NCBI GenBank assembly: GCA_041611735.1
Contig: JBFIML010000040.1
Span: forward strand, 1 to 43,037
Length of the DNA stretch: 43,037 nt
Direction: 5' to 3'
Origin: Myxococcota bacterium
GTDB taxonomy: Bacteria; Myxococcota_A; UBA9160; PR03
Both the position numbers and the translations under genes were made by a program. Position 1 is the first letter of the stretch, and each line of letters begins with the position of its first letter. Below, piece by piece: positions 13,393 to 23,994 of the stretch. Under the pieces are notes generated by a model. It was given only the letters and a program-made list of their open reading frames with translations, had not been told where the DNA came from and did no database searches.

Positions 13393-14240
13393 AGAGCCTG
13401 ATCGACAAGGCAGAGGTACTGATCGAGGCGCTTCCGTACATCCGCCGCTTCTTCGACAAGACCATCGTGATCAAGTACGGCGGCGCGGCCATGAAGGACG
13501 CGAATCTGCGCGCGTCCTTCGCCGTGGACGTGGTGCTGCTCAAGTACATCGGCCTGCGACCGGTGATCGTGCACGGCGGCGGACCCCAGATCGGGGCCAC
13601 CCTCGAGCGCTTGGGCAAGCGCTCCACCTTCGTGGACGGCCTGCGGGTGACCGACGACGAGACCATGACCGTGGTCGAGATGGTGCTGGGCGGGACCGTG
13701 AACCGCGAGATCGTCGACCTGGTGCAGCAGGGCGGCGGCCGCGCCGTGGGGCTGACGGGCAACGACGGCGGCATGATCCGGGTGCAGCGGCGGCGTCCCG
13801 GAGGGCGCGACATCGGGCGCGTCGGAGCGATCGCCGCGGTGGACGCGGCGCCCATCACGGCCGTGGCCGCCGCCGGCTTCGTGCCGGTGATCGCCCCGAT
13901 CGGGATCGGCGAGGACGGCCTCACCTACAACGTGAACGCCGATGAGGCCGCGGGGGCCATCGCCCGGGCGCTGCAGGCCGAGAAGCTCATGCTGCTCACG
14001 GACGTGGAGGGCGTGCTCGACGCCGAAGGCCGGCTGCTGCACCAGCTCTCCATCGACCAGGCGCGCAAGCTGGTCGCAGAGGGAACCATCCGCGGCGGCA
14101 TGATCCCCAAGGTGGAGTGCTGCATCACCGCCGTGGAGGGAGGCGTGCTGCGTGCCCACGTGATCGATGGACGCATGCTCCACGCGGTGCTCCTCGAGAT
14201 CTTCACCGACGGCGGCGTGGGAACCCTGCTGACGCCGTGA
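13389..14240 (+). CDS. argB: Acetylglutamate kinase
   Basis: [56 protein letters not shown]. Confidence 0.97.
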   Translation: MKSLIDKAEVLIEALPYIRRFFDKTIVIKYGGAAMKDANLRASFAVDVVLLKYIGLRPVIVHGGGPQIGATLERLGKRSTFVDGLRVTDDETMTVVEMVLGGTVNREIVDLVQQGGGRAVGLTGNDGGMIRVQRRRPGGRDIGRVGAIAAVDAAPITAVAAAGFVPVIAPIGIGEDGLTYNVNADEAAGAIARALQAEKLMLLTDVEGVLDAEGRLLHQLSIDQARKLVAEGTIRGGMIPKVECCITAVEGGVLRAHVIDGRMLHAVLLEIFTDGGVGTLLTP

Positions 14241-15166
14241 CGGCGCCCAAGGACTTCCTCTCGGTCGCGGACTGGCCTGCCGACGAGCTGCGCCGCATGC
14301 TCGAGCGGGCCCGGGAGCTGAAGCAGCTCCGCAAGCGCGGCGAGCATCCCCAGACGCTGCTGGGCCGTACCCTGGCCATGTACTTCGAGAAGCCCTCGCT
14401 GCGCACCCACGTGACGTTCGAGGCCGGCATGACCCAGCTCGGGGGGCACGCCATCCTGCTGCGGCCCGAGCAGGTGGGCATCGGCACCCGCGAGACCGCA
14501 GCGGACGTGAGCCGCAACCTCTCGCTCTGGGTCCACGCCCTGCTGGCGCGCACCTACGACCACGCGCTGGTGGAGGAGCTGGCCCGCGCGGCCTCGATTC
14601 CGGTGATCAACGGGCTGACCGACCTGCTGCACCCCTGCCAGGTGATGGCGGACCTGCAGACCGTGGCCGAGCGCGCGGACCTGCAACGCGCGGTGATCGC
14701 CTGGGTGGGAGACGGGAACAACGTGGCCAACTCCCTGTTGCTGGCCTGCGCGGTGCTCGGCCTGGCGCTGCGCGTGGGGACGCCCGCCCGGCACCGCCCC
14801 GCCGCCCGGGTCCGGCGCCAGGCGGAGGAGCTGGCGGCCCGCAGCGGAGCCCGGCTCTTCTGGAGCGAGGACCCCGTGGAGGCAGTGCGGGGGGCGCACT
14901 TCGTGTACACGGACGTCTGGGTCAGCATGGGCCAGGAGCAGGAGGCGAGCCGCCGCCGCGCCGTCTTCGAGCCCTATCAGGTGAACGCACGCCTGCTGCG
15001 CCACGCCCCGGAGGCCTGGGTCATGCACTGCCTGCCCGCCCACCGCGGCGAGGAGATCACGGACGAGGTGCTCGACGGGGCGCGCAGCATCGCCCTGGAC
15101 CAGGCCGAGAACCGGCTCCACGCCCAGAAGGCCATCCTGGAGCGGCTGCTCGCCCCGGGCGCCTAG
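14237..15166 (+). CDS. argF: Ornithine carbamoyltransferase
   Basis: [57 protein letters not shown] 14237 overlaps argB stop. Confidence 0.93.
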   Translation: MTAPKDFLSVADWPADELRRMLERARELKQLRKRGEHPQTLLGRTLAMYFEKPSLRTHVTFEAGMTQLGGHAILLRPEQVGIGTRETAADVSRNLSLWVHALLARTYDHALVEELARAASIPVINGLTDLLHPCQVMADLQTVAERADLQRAVIAWVGDGNNVANSLLLACAVLGLALRVGTPARHRPAARVRRQAEELAARSGARLFWSEDPVEAVRGAHFVYTDVWVSMGQEQEASRRRAVFEPYQVNARLLRHAPEAWVMHCLPAHRGEEITDEVLDGARSIALDQAENRLHAQKAILERLLAPGA

Positions 15167-15227
15167 CGCCCTCCAGTCGTCCCGCCCCCCGGGGATGGGC
15201 ATTCTCCCAACCGATCGCCCATCCAGG

Positions 15228-15256
15228 CTCAGCCTCCGGTCCCTGCGCGCCGATGA
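15228..15256 (+). promoter_or_regulatory. Putative sigma28-type promoter of the J-protein/Hsp70 module
   Basis: C-TCAGC(15229-15233)-N15-GCCGATGA(15249-15256), 51 nt before ATG 15308. Confidence 0.6.
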
Positions 15257-15307
15257 GGCCGGGGGGAAGGGCCGGACCCGCCGCGCGCGGCCGGGTCGGA
15301 TGGGGTC

Positions 15308-16531
15308 ATGCACGCAAAGGGCGACGCAAAGCCGGCCGGGGAACGGGTGCCGCAGCTCGCGCCGGGTCTCGACCCGGCGACGCTCACGCTCTCGCCCCGG
15401 GAGGGGTACCTGCTGTCGCGCATCGACGGCAGAACGCCCTGGAAGCTGCTGCGCGAGATCGGGGGTCTGCCCCCGGTGGAGGTGGACCGCGTCCTCGAGG
15501 GCTGGCTCCAGCAGGGGATCCTGGCCCTGCCCGGCACGGGGGGCGCGGAGGGCTCGACCTCCGCTGCCGCTCCCGACCCCGAGGCCGTGGTGAACCCGCG
15601 TCTCGACATGCCCCTCGAGGTGCAGCGCCGCGTGCTCGAGTTCGAGGCGCGCCTGGCACGCCCGTATCACGAGATCCTCGGGGTCGAGCGCGAAGCCAGC
15701 GCGGCCCTGATCAAGAAGGCCTATTTCGGGCTCTCCAAGCAGTTCCATCCGGACCGCTACTTCCGGCGCAACGTCGGACACTTCGCCCCGCGTCTGGAGC
15801 GCATCTTCAAGAAGCTGGTGGAAGCCTACGAGCTGCTCTCCGATCCCGTGGCACGAGCGGAGCTCGAGCGCTCCCTGGGCCCCGACAAGCCCCCGGCTCC
15901 GGTCGCCGCGCCCGCGGCGCCGGGTGTGAACCCGAAGCGCCCCGCCGCCTTTTCCATCCACCATCGTGTGATCCAGCAGCGCCGCATGAAGGCCAAACGC
16001 CTGTTCGAAGCGGGCATGGCGGCCTTCACGCGCCAGCGCTGGATCGACGCCGCCGGCAGCGTGCGCTTGGCCATCGCCTTCGACCCCTGGAACGACGCCT
16101 ACAAGGAGCGCTTCGCCGAGGTGCAGCTCAAGGTGCACGAGAAGCGTGGCCAGGAGCTCCTGGCCGCGGCCGAGGACGCCCTCGACCTGCGCGATTTCGA
16201 CAAGGCCCTGCAAGCCTTCGAGGAGGCGCTCCAGTACCGTCCCCACGACGCGGACCTGCTGCACCGCACCGCGCGTCTCGCCTGGGTGACCGGGAAGGAC
16301 CTGCATCGCGCCAAGGAGCATGCCCAGGAAGCCTGCGAGCTGCGCCCGGACGTGGCCGCCCATCGGCGCACCCTGGGTCAGATCTACAAGGCCGCGGGCC
16401 TGGAGGCCAACGCGCGGCGTGAACTCGAGGCGGCCCTGCGCCTCGATCCCAACGACTCGGAGGCCGAGAAGGAGCTGCGCTCCTTCGGCCGCGGGATTCT
16501 GGCTCCTCTCAGGCTCGGAGGGAAACGATGA
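15308..16531 (+). CDS. Class C J-domain protein: N-terminal wHTH-like domain, internal J domain, C-terminal TPRs
   Basis: [16 protein letters not shown] domain; J domain YHEILGV...[17 protein letters not shown]...EAYELLSDP with intact HPD; TPR repeats. Confidence 0.88.
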   Translation: MHAKGDAKPAGERVPQLAPGLDPATLTLSPREGYLLSRIDGRTPWKLLREIGGLPPVEVDRVLEGWLQQGILALPGTGGAEGSTSAAAPDPEAVVNPRLDMPLEVQRRVLEFEARLARPYHEILGVEREASAALIKKAYFGLSKQFHPDRYFRRNVGHFAPRLERIFKKLVEAYELLSDPVARAELERSLGPDKPPAPVAAPAAPGVNPKRPAAFSIHHRVIQQRRMKAKRLFEAGMAAFTRQRWIDAAGSVRLAIAFDPWNDAYKERFAEVQLKVHEKRGQELLAAAEDALDLRDFDKALQAFEEALQYRPHDADLLHRTARLAWVTGKDLHRAKEHAQEACELRPDVAAHRRTLGQIYKAAGLEANARRELEAALRLDPNDSEAEKELRSFGRGILAPLRLGGKR

Positions 16532-18102
16532 GTCGAGTGATCGGAATCGATCTCGGAACCACAAACTCGTGCGTGGCGGTGGTGGAGAACGGCCAGCCGA
16601 GCGTGATCCCGAACGCCGGCGGCTACAAGACCACGCCGTCGATGTTCGCGATCTCCCAGGACGGCAAGCGACTCGTCGGCCACCTGGCCAAGCGCCAGGC
16701 CATCACGAACGCCCGCAACACGGTCTACGCGGCCAAGCGGCTCATCGGACGGCGCTTCGACGCTCCCGAGGTCCAGAAGGCCATCGACCTGTGTCCCTAC
16801 GAGATCGTGCGCGGTCCCAACGACGATCCGCGGCTCCGCATCTCGGGCAAGACGTTCACCACTCCCGAGATCTCCGGGATCATCCTGCGCGAGATGAAGC
16901 GGGTCGCCGAGGAGTACCTGGGTGAACCGGTGAGCGAGGCGGTGATCACCGTCCCCGCGCACTTCAACGACGCCCAGCGTCAGAGCACCAAGGACGCCGG
17001 AAAGATCGCGGGCCTCGAGGTGCTACGCATCATCAACGAGCCCACCGCCGCGGCCCTGGCCTACGGCTTCGGCCGCAAGCCCCAGGGCGAGAAGGTCGTC
17101 GTCTACGACCTGGGTGGCGGCACCTTCGACGTCTCCATCCTGGAGATCGGCGAGGGCGTGCTCGAGGTGCTGGCGACCGGCGGCAACACCTTCCTGGGCG
17201 GGGAGGACTTCGACCGCCGCATCGTGACCCACCTGCTGGAGCGCTTCGAGGAGTCCGAAGGCATTGATCTGCGTTCCGACTCCATGGCGCTGCAGCGCCT
17301 CAAGGACGCCGCGGAGAAGGCCAAGTGCGACCTCTCGGCGCGGACCACCACCGAGATCAACTTGCCCTTCATCGCCAGCGACGCCAGCGGGCCGCGCCAC
17401 CTGAGCCTGGAACTCTCCCGCGACACCCTGGAGCAGCAGGTCGGCGACATCGTGAGCAGCACCATGAAGGCGGTGGAGCAGTGTCTGCAGGACGCCCAGC
17501 TCGGACCCGGAGACGTGGACCAGGTCATCCTCGTGGGGGGCCAGACGCGCATGCCGCTGGTCCAGGCGACGGTGGCCGAGTACTTCGGCAAGCGCCCCAA
17601 CAAGGGCGTCAATCCCGACGAGGTCGTGGCGATCGGCGCCGCGCTCCAGGGCGAAGCGCTGCTCTCCGAGGAGCAGAACCTGCTGCTGCTCGACGTGACG
17701 CCGCTCTCGCTGGGGATCGCCACCTACGGCGGCCACTTTGCCAAGCTGATCGAGCGCAACACCACGGTTCCGGTGCGCAAGGCGCACATCTTCACGACCA
17801 CGCGCGACGACCAGACGGCCGTGAAGATCCGCGTGCTCCAGGGCGAGAGCGACGTGGCGGCGGAGAACGATCTGCTCGGCGAGTTCATCCTCTCCGGCAT
17901 CCGTTCCGCCCGCAAGGGCGAGCCCGAAATCGAGGTGTCCTTCGACATCGACGCCAACGGCATCGTGAGTGTGTCGGCGCGAGATCTCTCCACGGGCAAG
18001 GAGCAGTCGATCACGGTCAACGCGACCGGCACGCTCTCCGAGGAGGAGATCCAGAAGATCATCGAGGAGAACGAGCTGTACGAAGTCCAGCTCAAGGAGT
18101 AG
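16528..18102 (+). CDS. Hsp70/DnaK paralogue lacking most of the C-terminal lid (524 aa)
   Basis: [61 protein letters not shown], linker [15 protein letters not shown]-beta; ends about 20 aa into the helical region. Confidence 0.93.
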   Translation: MSRVIGIDLGTTNSCVAVVENGQPSVIPNAGGYKTTPSMFAISQDGKRLVGHLAKRQAITNARNTVYAAKRLIGRRFDAPEVQKAIDLCPYEIVRGPNDDPRLRISGKTFTTPEISGIILREMKRVAEEYLGEPVSEAVITVPAHFNDAQRQSTKDAGKIAGLEVLRIINEPTAAALAYGFGRKPQGEKVVVYDLGGGTFDVSILEIGEGVLEVLATGGNTFLGGEDFDRRIVTHLLERFEESEGIDLRSDSMALQRLKDAAEKAKCDLSARTTTEINLPFIASDASGPRHLSLELSRDTLEQQVGDIVSSTMKAVEQCLQDAQLGPGDVDQVILVGGQTRMPLVQATVAEYFGKRPNKGVNPDEVVAIGAALQGEALLSEEQNLLLLDVTPLSLGIATYGGHFAKLIERNTTVPVRKAHIFTTTRDDQTAVKIRVLQGESDVAAENDLLGEFILSGIRSARKGEPEIEVSFDIDANGIVSVSARDLSTGKEQSITVNATGTLSEEEIQKIIEENELYEVQLKE

Positions 18103-18112
18103 GGCGGGCCCA

Positions 18113-18709
18113 ATGGGCGAGTCGACCCAGGAGGCGATCGAGCGCCTGCTCGCGGAAGGCCTGGACCAGTACGGCATGGGACAGGTCGCGCAAGCGGTGC
18201 GCCTGTGGCGGCAGGTACTGAGCCTGGACCCGGGCAATACCGAGGCGCGCGAGTATCTGGAGACGGCGGGAGACGAGGCCGGCCCGGCGGAGGCGGCCCC
18301 GCAGGCTTCCCCGGCCGCGGATCACGACGGCACCGCGGCGCTGCTCGAGGCGGGCCTCGGCTGCCTGCGCGACGACGATGCGGAGGGAGCCCTCGAGCTG
18401 CTCGAGACGCTGGAGAAGCGCGACCCGGATGGGCTCGAGGTGCACGGGTACATCGAGATGGTCCGCAGCCGCCTGCTCAAGCAGTACCGCGAGCGCTTCG
18501 GATCCGGCCAGCGGGTCCCCGTCCCCCGCATGCCCGCCGAGCAGATGCTGAAGTTCAACCTGCCGGCCGAGGCGGGTTTCCTGCTGTCCCTGGTCGACGG
18601 GCGCACGTCGATCGAGGATCTGATCTCGGTGTGCGGCATGGACGAGTTCCGCGTGCTGCGGATCCTCTCGCAGATGCTCGCCGCGGGCATCGTGGAGCTG
18701 GAGTCGTGA
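18113..18709 (+). CDS. Small TPR protein with C-terminal wHTH-like domain
   Basis: TPR-like AVRLWRQVLSLDPGNTEAREYL; C-terminal LPAEAGFLLSLVDGRTSIEDL...LAAGIVEL; ATG 18113 in frame with track ORF 17969-18709. Confidence 0.8.
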   Translation: MGESTQEAIERLLAEGLDQYGMGQVAQAVRLWRQVLSLDPGNTEAREYLETAGDEAGPAEAAPQASPAADHDGTAALLEAGLGCLRDDDAEGALELLETLEKRDPDGLEVHGYIEMVRSRLLKQYRERFGSGQRVPVPRMPAEQMLKFNLPAEAGFLLSLVDGRTSIEDLISVCGMDEFRVLRILSQMLAAGIVELES

Positions 18710-19662
18710 ACGTTTCCTCATCCCTGCTGGCGCACCTGGACGCGCCCGTCCTGGTGAGCGACCCGGACGGGAAGACGGTGTACCTGAACCCGGCCTTCGA
18801 GACCCGCTTTCGCACCAGCCTGGGCGAGACCCGGGGTACTCCCCTGGCCATGCTCTTCGAGGGCGGGGGACGCGAGGCGGTGCTGCACGCCACGGCCCAG
18901 GCCTGCGAGCGCCAGCGCAGCGTGCGCTTCCGCGTGCGGGAGCGTGGCGTCGGCTACGCAGCCCTCGCCTCGCCGATCGTGGTGGAGGAGATGAACGTCG
19001 GCGTGCTGCTGCTCCTCTTCGAGGAGGCCGTCGAGGAGGAGCGGCTGCTCTCGTTCCACCGCGAGATCCAGGAGCCCGTGGACGAGCTTTCGCGCTGCCT
19101 GGAAGAGCTGTTCGAGCAGACGGGTGGGCGGCGGTCGGAGCACTTCCGTGACCAGGTGGAGGCGGGGCTGCGCTCCGTGCAACGCCTGCAGCGGTGGACC
19201 GAGGAGCTGCACGCGGCAGTGACGGGCCGTCCGGCCGGGGGCCGCGGCGGAGGCCAGTTCGATCCGGTGCAGGCGGTGCGTGACGGCGTGGACGACGTGC
19301 AGCGCGAGGCCCGCGCCACGGGTCGCGAGCTCGAGCTCCTGCTGCCGGCGCAACTCCCCGCCGTCCGCGGGGACGGCAGCCGCTTCGAGGCGGCACTCGC
19401 CAGCCTGCTGCGCGACCGTCTGGAACGCTCGACCTCGCCGTCCTTCACGCTGGCGGCCAAGGGCGTGGGGCAGGGCGAGCGCCTGGCGGTGCTGATCTCC
19501 CTGACCGAGGCGCCCGGCGCCGAAGCTGCGGCGGCACCCGGCGACGACGAGTTCCCGCCGCTCGTGGCCGGGATCGTGGAGTCGCTCGGGGGCTCGCTGC
19601 GCGTCACCGACGATCCGGTGCTGGGCCGCACCACGGCGATCCGTCTCCCCGTCGCCGACTGA
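18706..19662 (+). CDS. PAS-domain degenerate (pseudo) histidine kinase
   Basis: PAS PVLVSDPDGKTVYLNPAF; DHp-like SFHREIQEP; CA-like LPAVRGDGSRFEAALASLL...IVESLGGSLRV...TTAIRLP without N, G1 or G2 consensus; GTGA overlap. Confidence 0.75.
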   Translation: MNVSSSLLAHLDAPVLVSDPDGKTVYLNPAFETRFRTSLGETRGTPLAMLFEGGGREAVLHATAQACERQRSVRFRVRERGVGYAALASPIVVEEMNVGVLLLLFEEAVEEERLLSFHREIQEPVDELSRCLEELFEQTGGRRSEHFRDQVEAGLRSVQRLQRWTEELHAAVTGRPAGGRGGGQFDPVQAVRDGVDDVQREARATGRELELLLPAQLPAVRGDGSRFEAALASLLRDRLERSTSPSFTLAAKGVGQGERLAVLISLTEAPGAEAAAAPGDDEFPPLVAGIVESLGGSLRVTDDPVLGRTTAIRLPVAD

Positions 19663-19690
19663 GTCGCCTCGCCGCCCTCTCCGCCTTCGG

Positions 19691-19696
19691 TACAAT
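19691..19696 (+). promoter_or_regulatory. Possible sigma70 -10 element for argG
   Basis: TACAAT in a short GC-rich gap, followed by GGAGG RBS and ATG 19717; -35 weak. Confidence 0.4.
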
Positions 19697-19716
19697 GGCC
19701 ACGGGAGGACGGCCAC

Positions 19717-20942
<1,226 letters not shown>

Positions 20943-20946
<4 letters not shown>

Positions 20947-22337
20947 CAGCCGGACCCCGGGCGGGGCGCGAGCGCGGCAGCCTCCCCCTCCTCCCGCTCG
21001 GCCAGGAACGCCAACAGCTGGGGCAGGATGAGGCGCATCAGGTCCAGCTCCGGGGCCAGGCTGCGGCCCAGGGCGAAGAGCCAGGCCACGGTGCGGGCAT
21101 AGAGCAGCAGATCCGCCGGCAGCTGCAGGCCCGGCGTGCGCTCGAGGGCCTGCTTGGCCTCCTCCTGCAGCATGCCCACCTGGGTGGGGCTCAGGGCCAG
21201 GGCCGGCCCCGCCGATCGCAGGCGCCCGAACATCCCGGCGACGCCCCGGCGCACGCTCTCCCCGGCCCCGGCTTCGATCATTCCCATGCGCTCCATCCCG
21301 GCCAGGAAGGCCTCCAGATCCTGACGGATCAGCGCGTGCAGACCCGCGCGCAGCTCCCGGCGCAGCCGGGGCTCGAGCCGGCGGCTCAGGCCGAAATCCA
21401 CGAACAGCACCCGGGGCCGCTGCGCCGCACCGGGCTCGTCCACCACGAACAGGTTGCCGGGGTGGGGATCCGCGTGGAAGAGACCGTCCACGAACACCTG
21501 CTTGGCCCACGCGCGGGCCAGGACCGCGAGCACGGCGACCGGATCCACGCCCAGCCGGGCCAGGCCGGCCCGATCATCGATGCGCAGCGCGGGAACGTGC
21601 TCGAGCGTGAGGACGCGGCGGGTCGAGTGGGAGCGATGCACGCGGGGCACCCGTACCTGGGTGTCGTGGGCCAGATTCCTGGCGATCTCCTCCGCCACGC
21701 GGGCTTCGCGTTCGAAGTCGAGCTCCTCCTCGAGGCTCGCGGCGAACTCCCGGAACAGCCGGTCCGCGTGAGGCGTGCGCGCCCGCCGCGCCACCCCGCG
21801 CAGCAGCAGGCGCAGGCAGACGAGGTCCGCTGGCAGCGAGTAGGCGAGCCAGGGGAACTGCACCTTCACCACGACGGGCTCGCCCCCGGGCAAACGCGCG
21901 CGGTGGACCTGGGCCACCGAGGCCACGCCGAGCGGCGTCGGGTCGAAGGCCGCGAAGCGCTCCGCGAGGGGCGCCCCCAGCTCGCGCTCCAGGCAGGCCA
22001 CGATCTCGGCTGCGGGCCGGGCGGGTGCCTGGTCCTGGAGGGCGGCGAAGGCCTGGCGTGCCACGGGCGGCAGGGCGTCGATGCGCAGCGCGGCGAACTG
22101 ACCCGCCTTGGCGAAAGGGCCCTTCAGATCGCCGAAAGCCCGGGCCAGACGCTGTGCGGTCCGCGCGCGTCTTCGTTCGCGGCGTTCGCCTCGTCGCGCC
22201 GCGCCCACCCAGGGATCGACCGCGCGGCCAGCCGCCTCGCCGAGCGCACTCGGGACGAGCACCCGCGCCAGTCGCAGCGCCTGGGGAATCCCCAGGGCCC
22301 GAAGCCGGTGTGCGAGGCTGGGGCGCGTCCTTGACAA
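20943..22337 (-). CDS. ABC1/UbiB/AarF-family atypical kinase
   Basis: KxGQ (KAGQ), [38 protein letters not shown] start uncertain. Confidence 0.9.
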
Positions 22338-22360
22338 GGCGTCTCAGGCTAGTTTAGACA
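22331..22360 (+). promoter_or_regulatory. Possible sigma70 promoter for the YCF48-like gene
   Basis: Perfect TTGACA(22331-22336)-N18-TAGACA(22355-22360) in a locally AT-richer patch. Confidence 0.35.
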
Positions 22361-22449
22361 GGGATCACCCGTTTGGAGTGGCCAGTTGCCGGACCGGGAC
22401 GCGGCCCGCGCGTTCCGGGCCAGTCCTCCTCGGGTGACGGGAGCGCGCC

Positions 22450-23994
22450 ATGGATTCCCCCCCCACCTCCGCAGCCCCCACGTGCGCAGCGACCGGACCG
22501 GTCGGCCGGGTCGGGCATCTCGGGCTCCGGGTGGCGGCCGCCCTGGCCCTGCTGGGTGCCGTCGCCTGCCACGAGATCCACTTCGAGTCGCGCACCGAGC
22601 CCGGATCGATCCAGATCTTCGACGACCTGTATGCCGTGTCCACGGCGGACGGTCAGCACGTGGTGGCGGCCGGCTATTGGGGCGCCGTGTATTGGAGCGA
22701 GGACGGCGGCACGACCTGGCAGCGGGGCGAGACCGGCACCGAGCGGCTGATCTACGGCGTCTCCATGGCGGACGCCCGGCGCGGCTGGGCGGTGGGGCAG
22801 CTCGGCACCATCCTGCGCACCGAGGACGGGGGCCGCACCTGGAAGTCCCAGCCCAACAAGAAGGAGAAGGAGGGGACCCACCTGTTCGGGGTGCACGCCA
22901 TCGACGCCACCACCGCCTGGGTGGTGGGGGAATGGGGCACTCGCCTGTTCAGCGACGACGGGGGAGTAGCCTGGCAGGATCGCTCCCTCTCCATCGACGA
23001 GGATCACCCGCAGTTCGTGTGGCTGGCTCCCCCCGAGCAGGAACGCGTGCGCCGCGGCGAGAAGGTCTACGAGGACGTGGGCCTGAACGACGTCTACTGC
23101 CTGCGCTCGCCCAGCCGGTCCTGCTGGGTCACCGGCGAGTTCGGCTACATCTTCCACTCCGAGAACTCCGGCCAGCAATGGCAGCGAGCCGCCATCCAGG
23201 GTGACATCAAGCTCGAACCGATCCGTTTTGCCTACAACGAGGTCGAGCTGAAGCCCGAGAACGTCGAAGCGTTGCAGGGTTTCGCCAAGCAGATCCTCGA
23301 CAAGCAGCACCTGAACGTGGAGGTGGAACCCTTGGCGGGGCCGCGCGAGGTCAAGGTCTTCGGCAGCGAGGACGACCCGAGCGAGCTCTTCGACATCCTG
23401 GAGGCGCGTATCCAGGCGGTGGTGGCGGTCCTCGAGGAGGCCGACATCCTGAGCGATCGTATCCGCAAGCGCGGCCGTCCGCCCTGGGACTACGAGGACT
23501 TCCTCGAGGACGACCCGGGCTTCCTGAAGCGATACCTGCAGAGCCAGACCGCCGAGCAGCCGGCGGTCGAGGTGCGCGTCGCCCAGAACCCGTATCTGTT
23601 CACGGTGCGCTTCCAGGACGAGCAGCGCGGCTGGATCGCAGGCCTCGGCGGCGTGGTCCTGCAGAGTGAGGACGGCGGCGCGAACTGGGTCTACCGCGAG
23701 ATGGACCGGGTGCAGGCCATCTTCTCGCTGGATGCCACCAACGGGCGCGTGGTGGCAGTGGGCGAGAAGGGTTTCGTGCGGGTGTCGGGCGACGGGGGGA
23801 TCTCCTGGACCGAGCCGGCCACCGGATTCCCGAAGATCTTCACGTTCATGCGCGACATCCGCTTCGCCCCGGGGCAGCCGCTGGGATTCATCGTGGGCCA
23901 GCAGGGTCTCGTGCTGCGCTCCGAGGACGGCGGCGCCACGTGGACCCAGATCCTGCCGCCGCCCGACAAGCGCGGCGCGGGCGAGCTCATCTGA
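22450..23994 (+). CDS. YCF48/BNR-repeat beta-propeller lipoprotein with an inserted OmpA-like domain
   Basis: Lipobox LLGAVAC; repeated S/T-x-D-G-G-x-T-W Asp boxes and W-x-V-G-x-x-G strands; central IRFAYNEVELKPE...ARIQAVVAVLEEADILSDRI; start uncertain. Confidence 0.8.
   Translation: MDSPPTSAAPTCAATGPVGRVGHLGLRVAAALALLGAVACHEIHFESRTEPGSIQIFDDLYAVSTADGQHVVAAGYWGAVYWSEDGGTTWQRGETGTERLIYGVSMADARRGWAVGQLGTILRTEDGGRTWKSQPNKKEKEGTHLFGVHAIDATTAWVVGEWGTRLFSDDGGVAWQDRSLSIDEDHPQFVWLAPPEQERVRRGEKVYEDVGLNDVYCLRSPSRSCWVTGEFGYIFHSENSGQQWQRAAIQGDIKLEPIRFAYNEVELKPENVEALQGFAKQILDKQHLNVEVEPLAGPREVKVFGSEDDPSELFDILEARIQAVVAVLEEADILSDRIRKRGRPPWDYEDFLEDDPGFLKRYLQSQTAEQPAVEVRVAQNPYLFTVRFQDEQRGWIAGLGGVVLQSEDGGANWVYREMDRVQAIFSLDATNGRVVAVGEKGFVRVSGDGGISWTEPATGFPKIFTFMRDIRFAPGQPLGFIVGQQGLVLRSEDGGATWTQILPPPDKRGAGELI

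Noticed and set aside
14385-14410. ArgF has SLRT instead of STRT, suggesting an acetyl- or succinyl-ornithine transcarbamylase
   Set aside because: The ornithine-specific DVWVSMG and HCLPAHRG motifs are canonical, so an ordinary OTCase is more likely.
15304-15352. GACGCAAAGCC (15323-15333), resembling the c-di-GMP-I riboswitch core
   Set aside because: No GGCAAA..GNRA P2 hairpin or P3 receptor helix is visible, and it lies within the J-protein's first codons. An Infernal scan with the c-di-GMP-I model would settle it.
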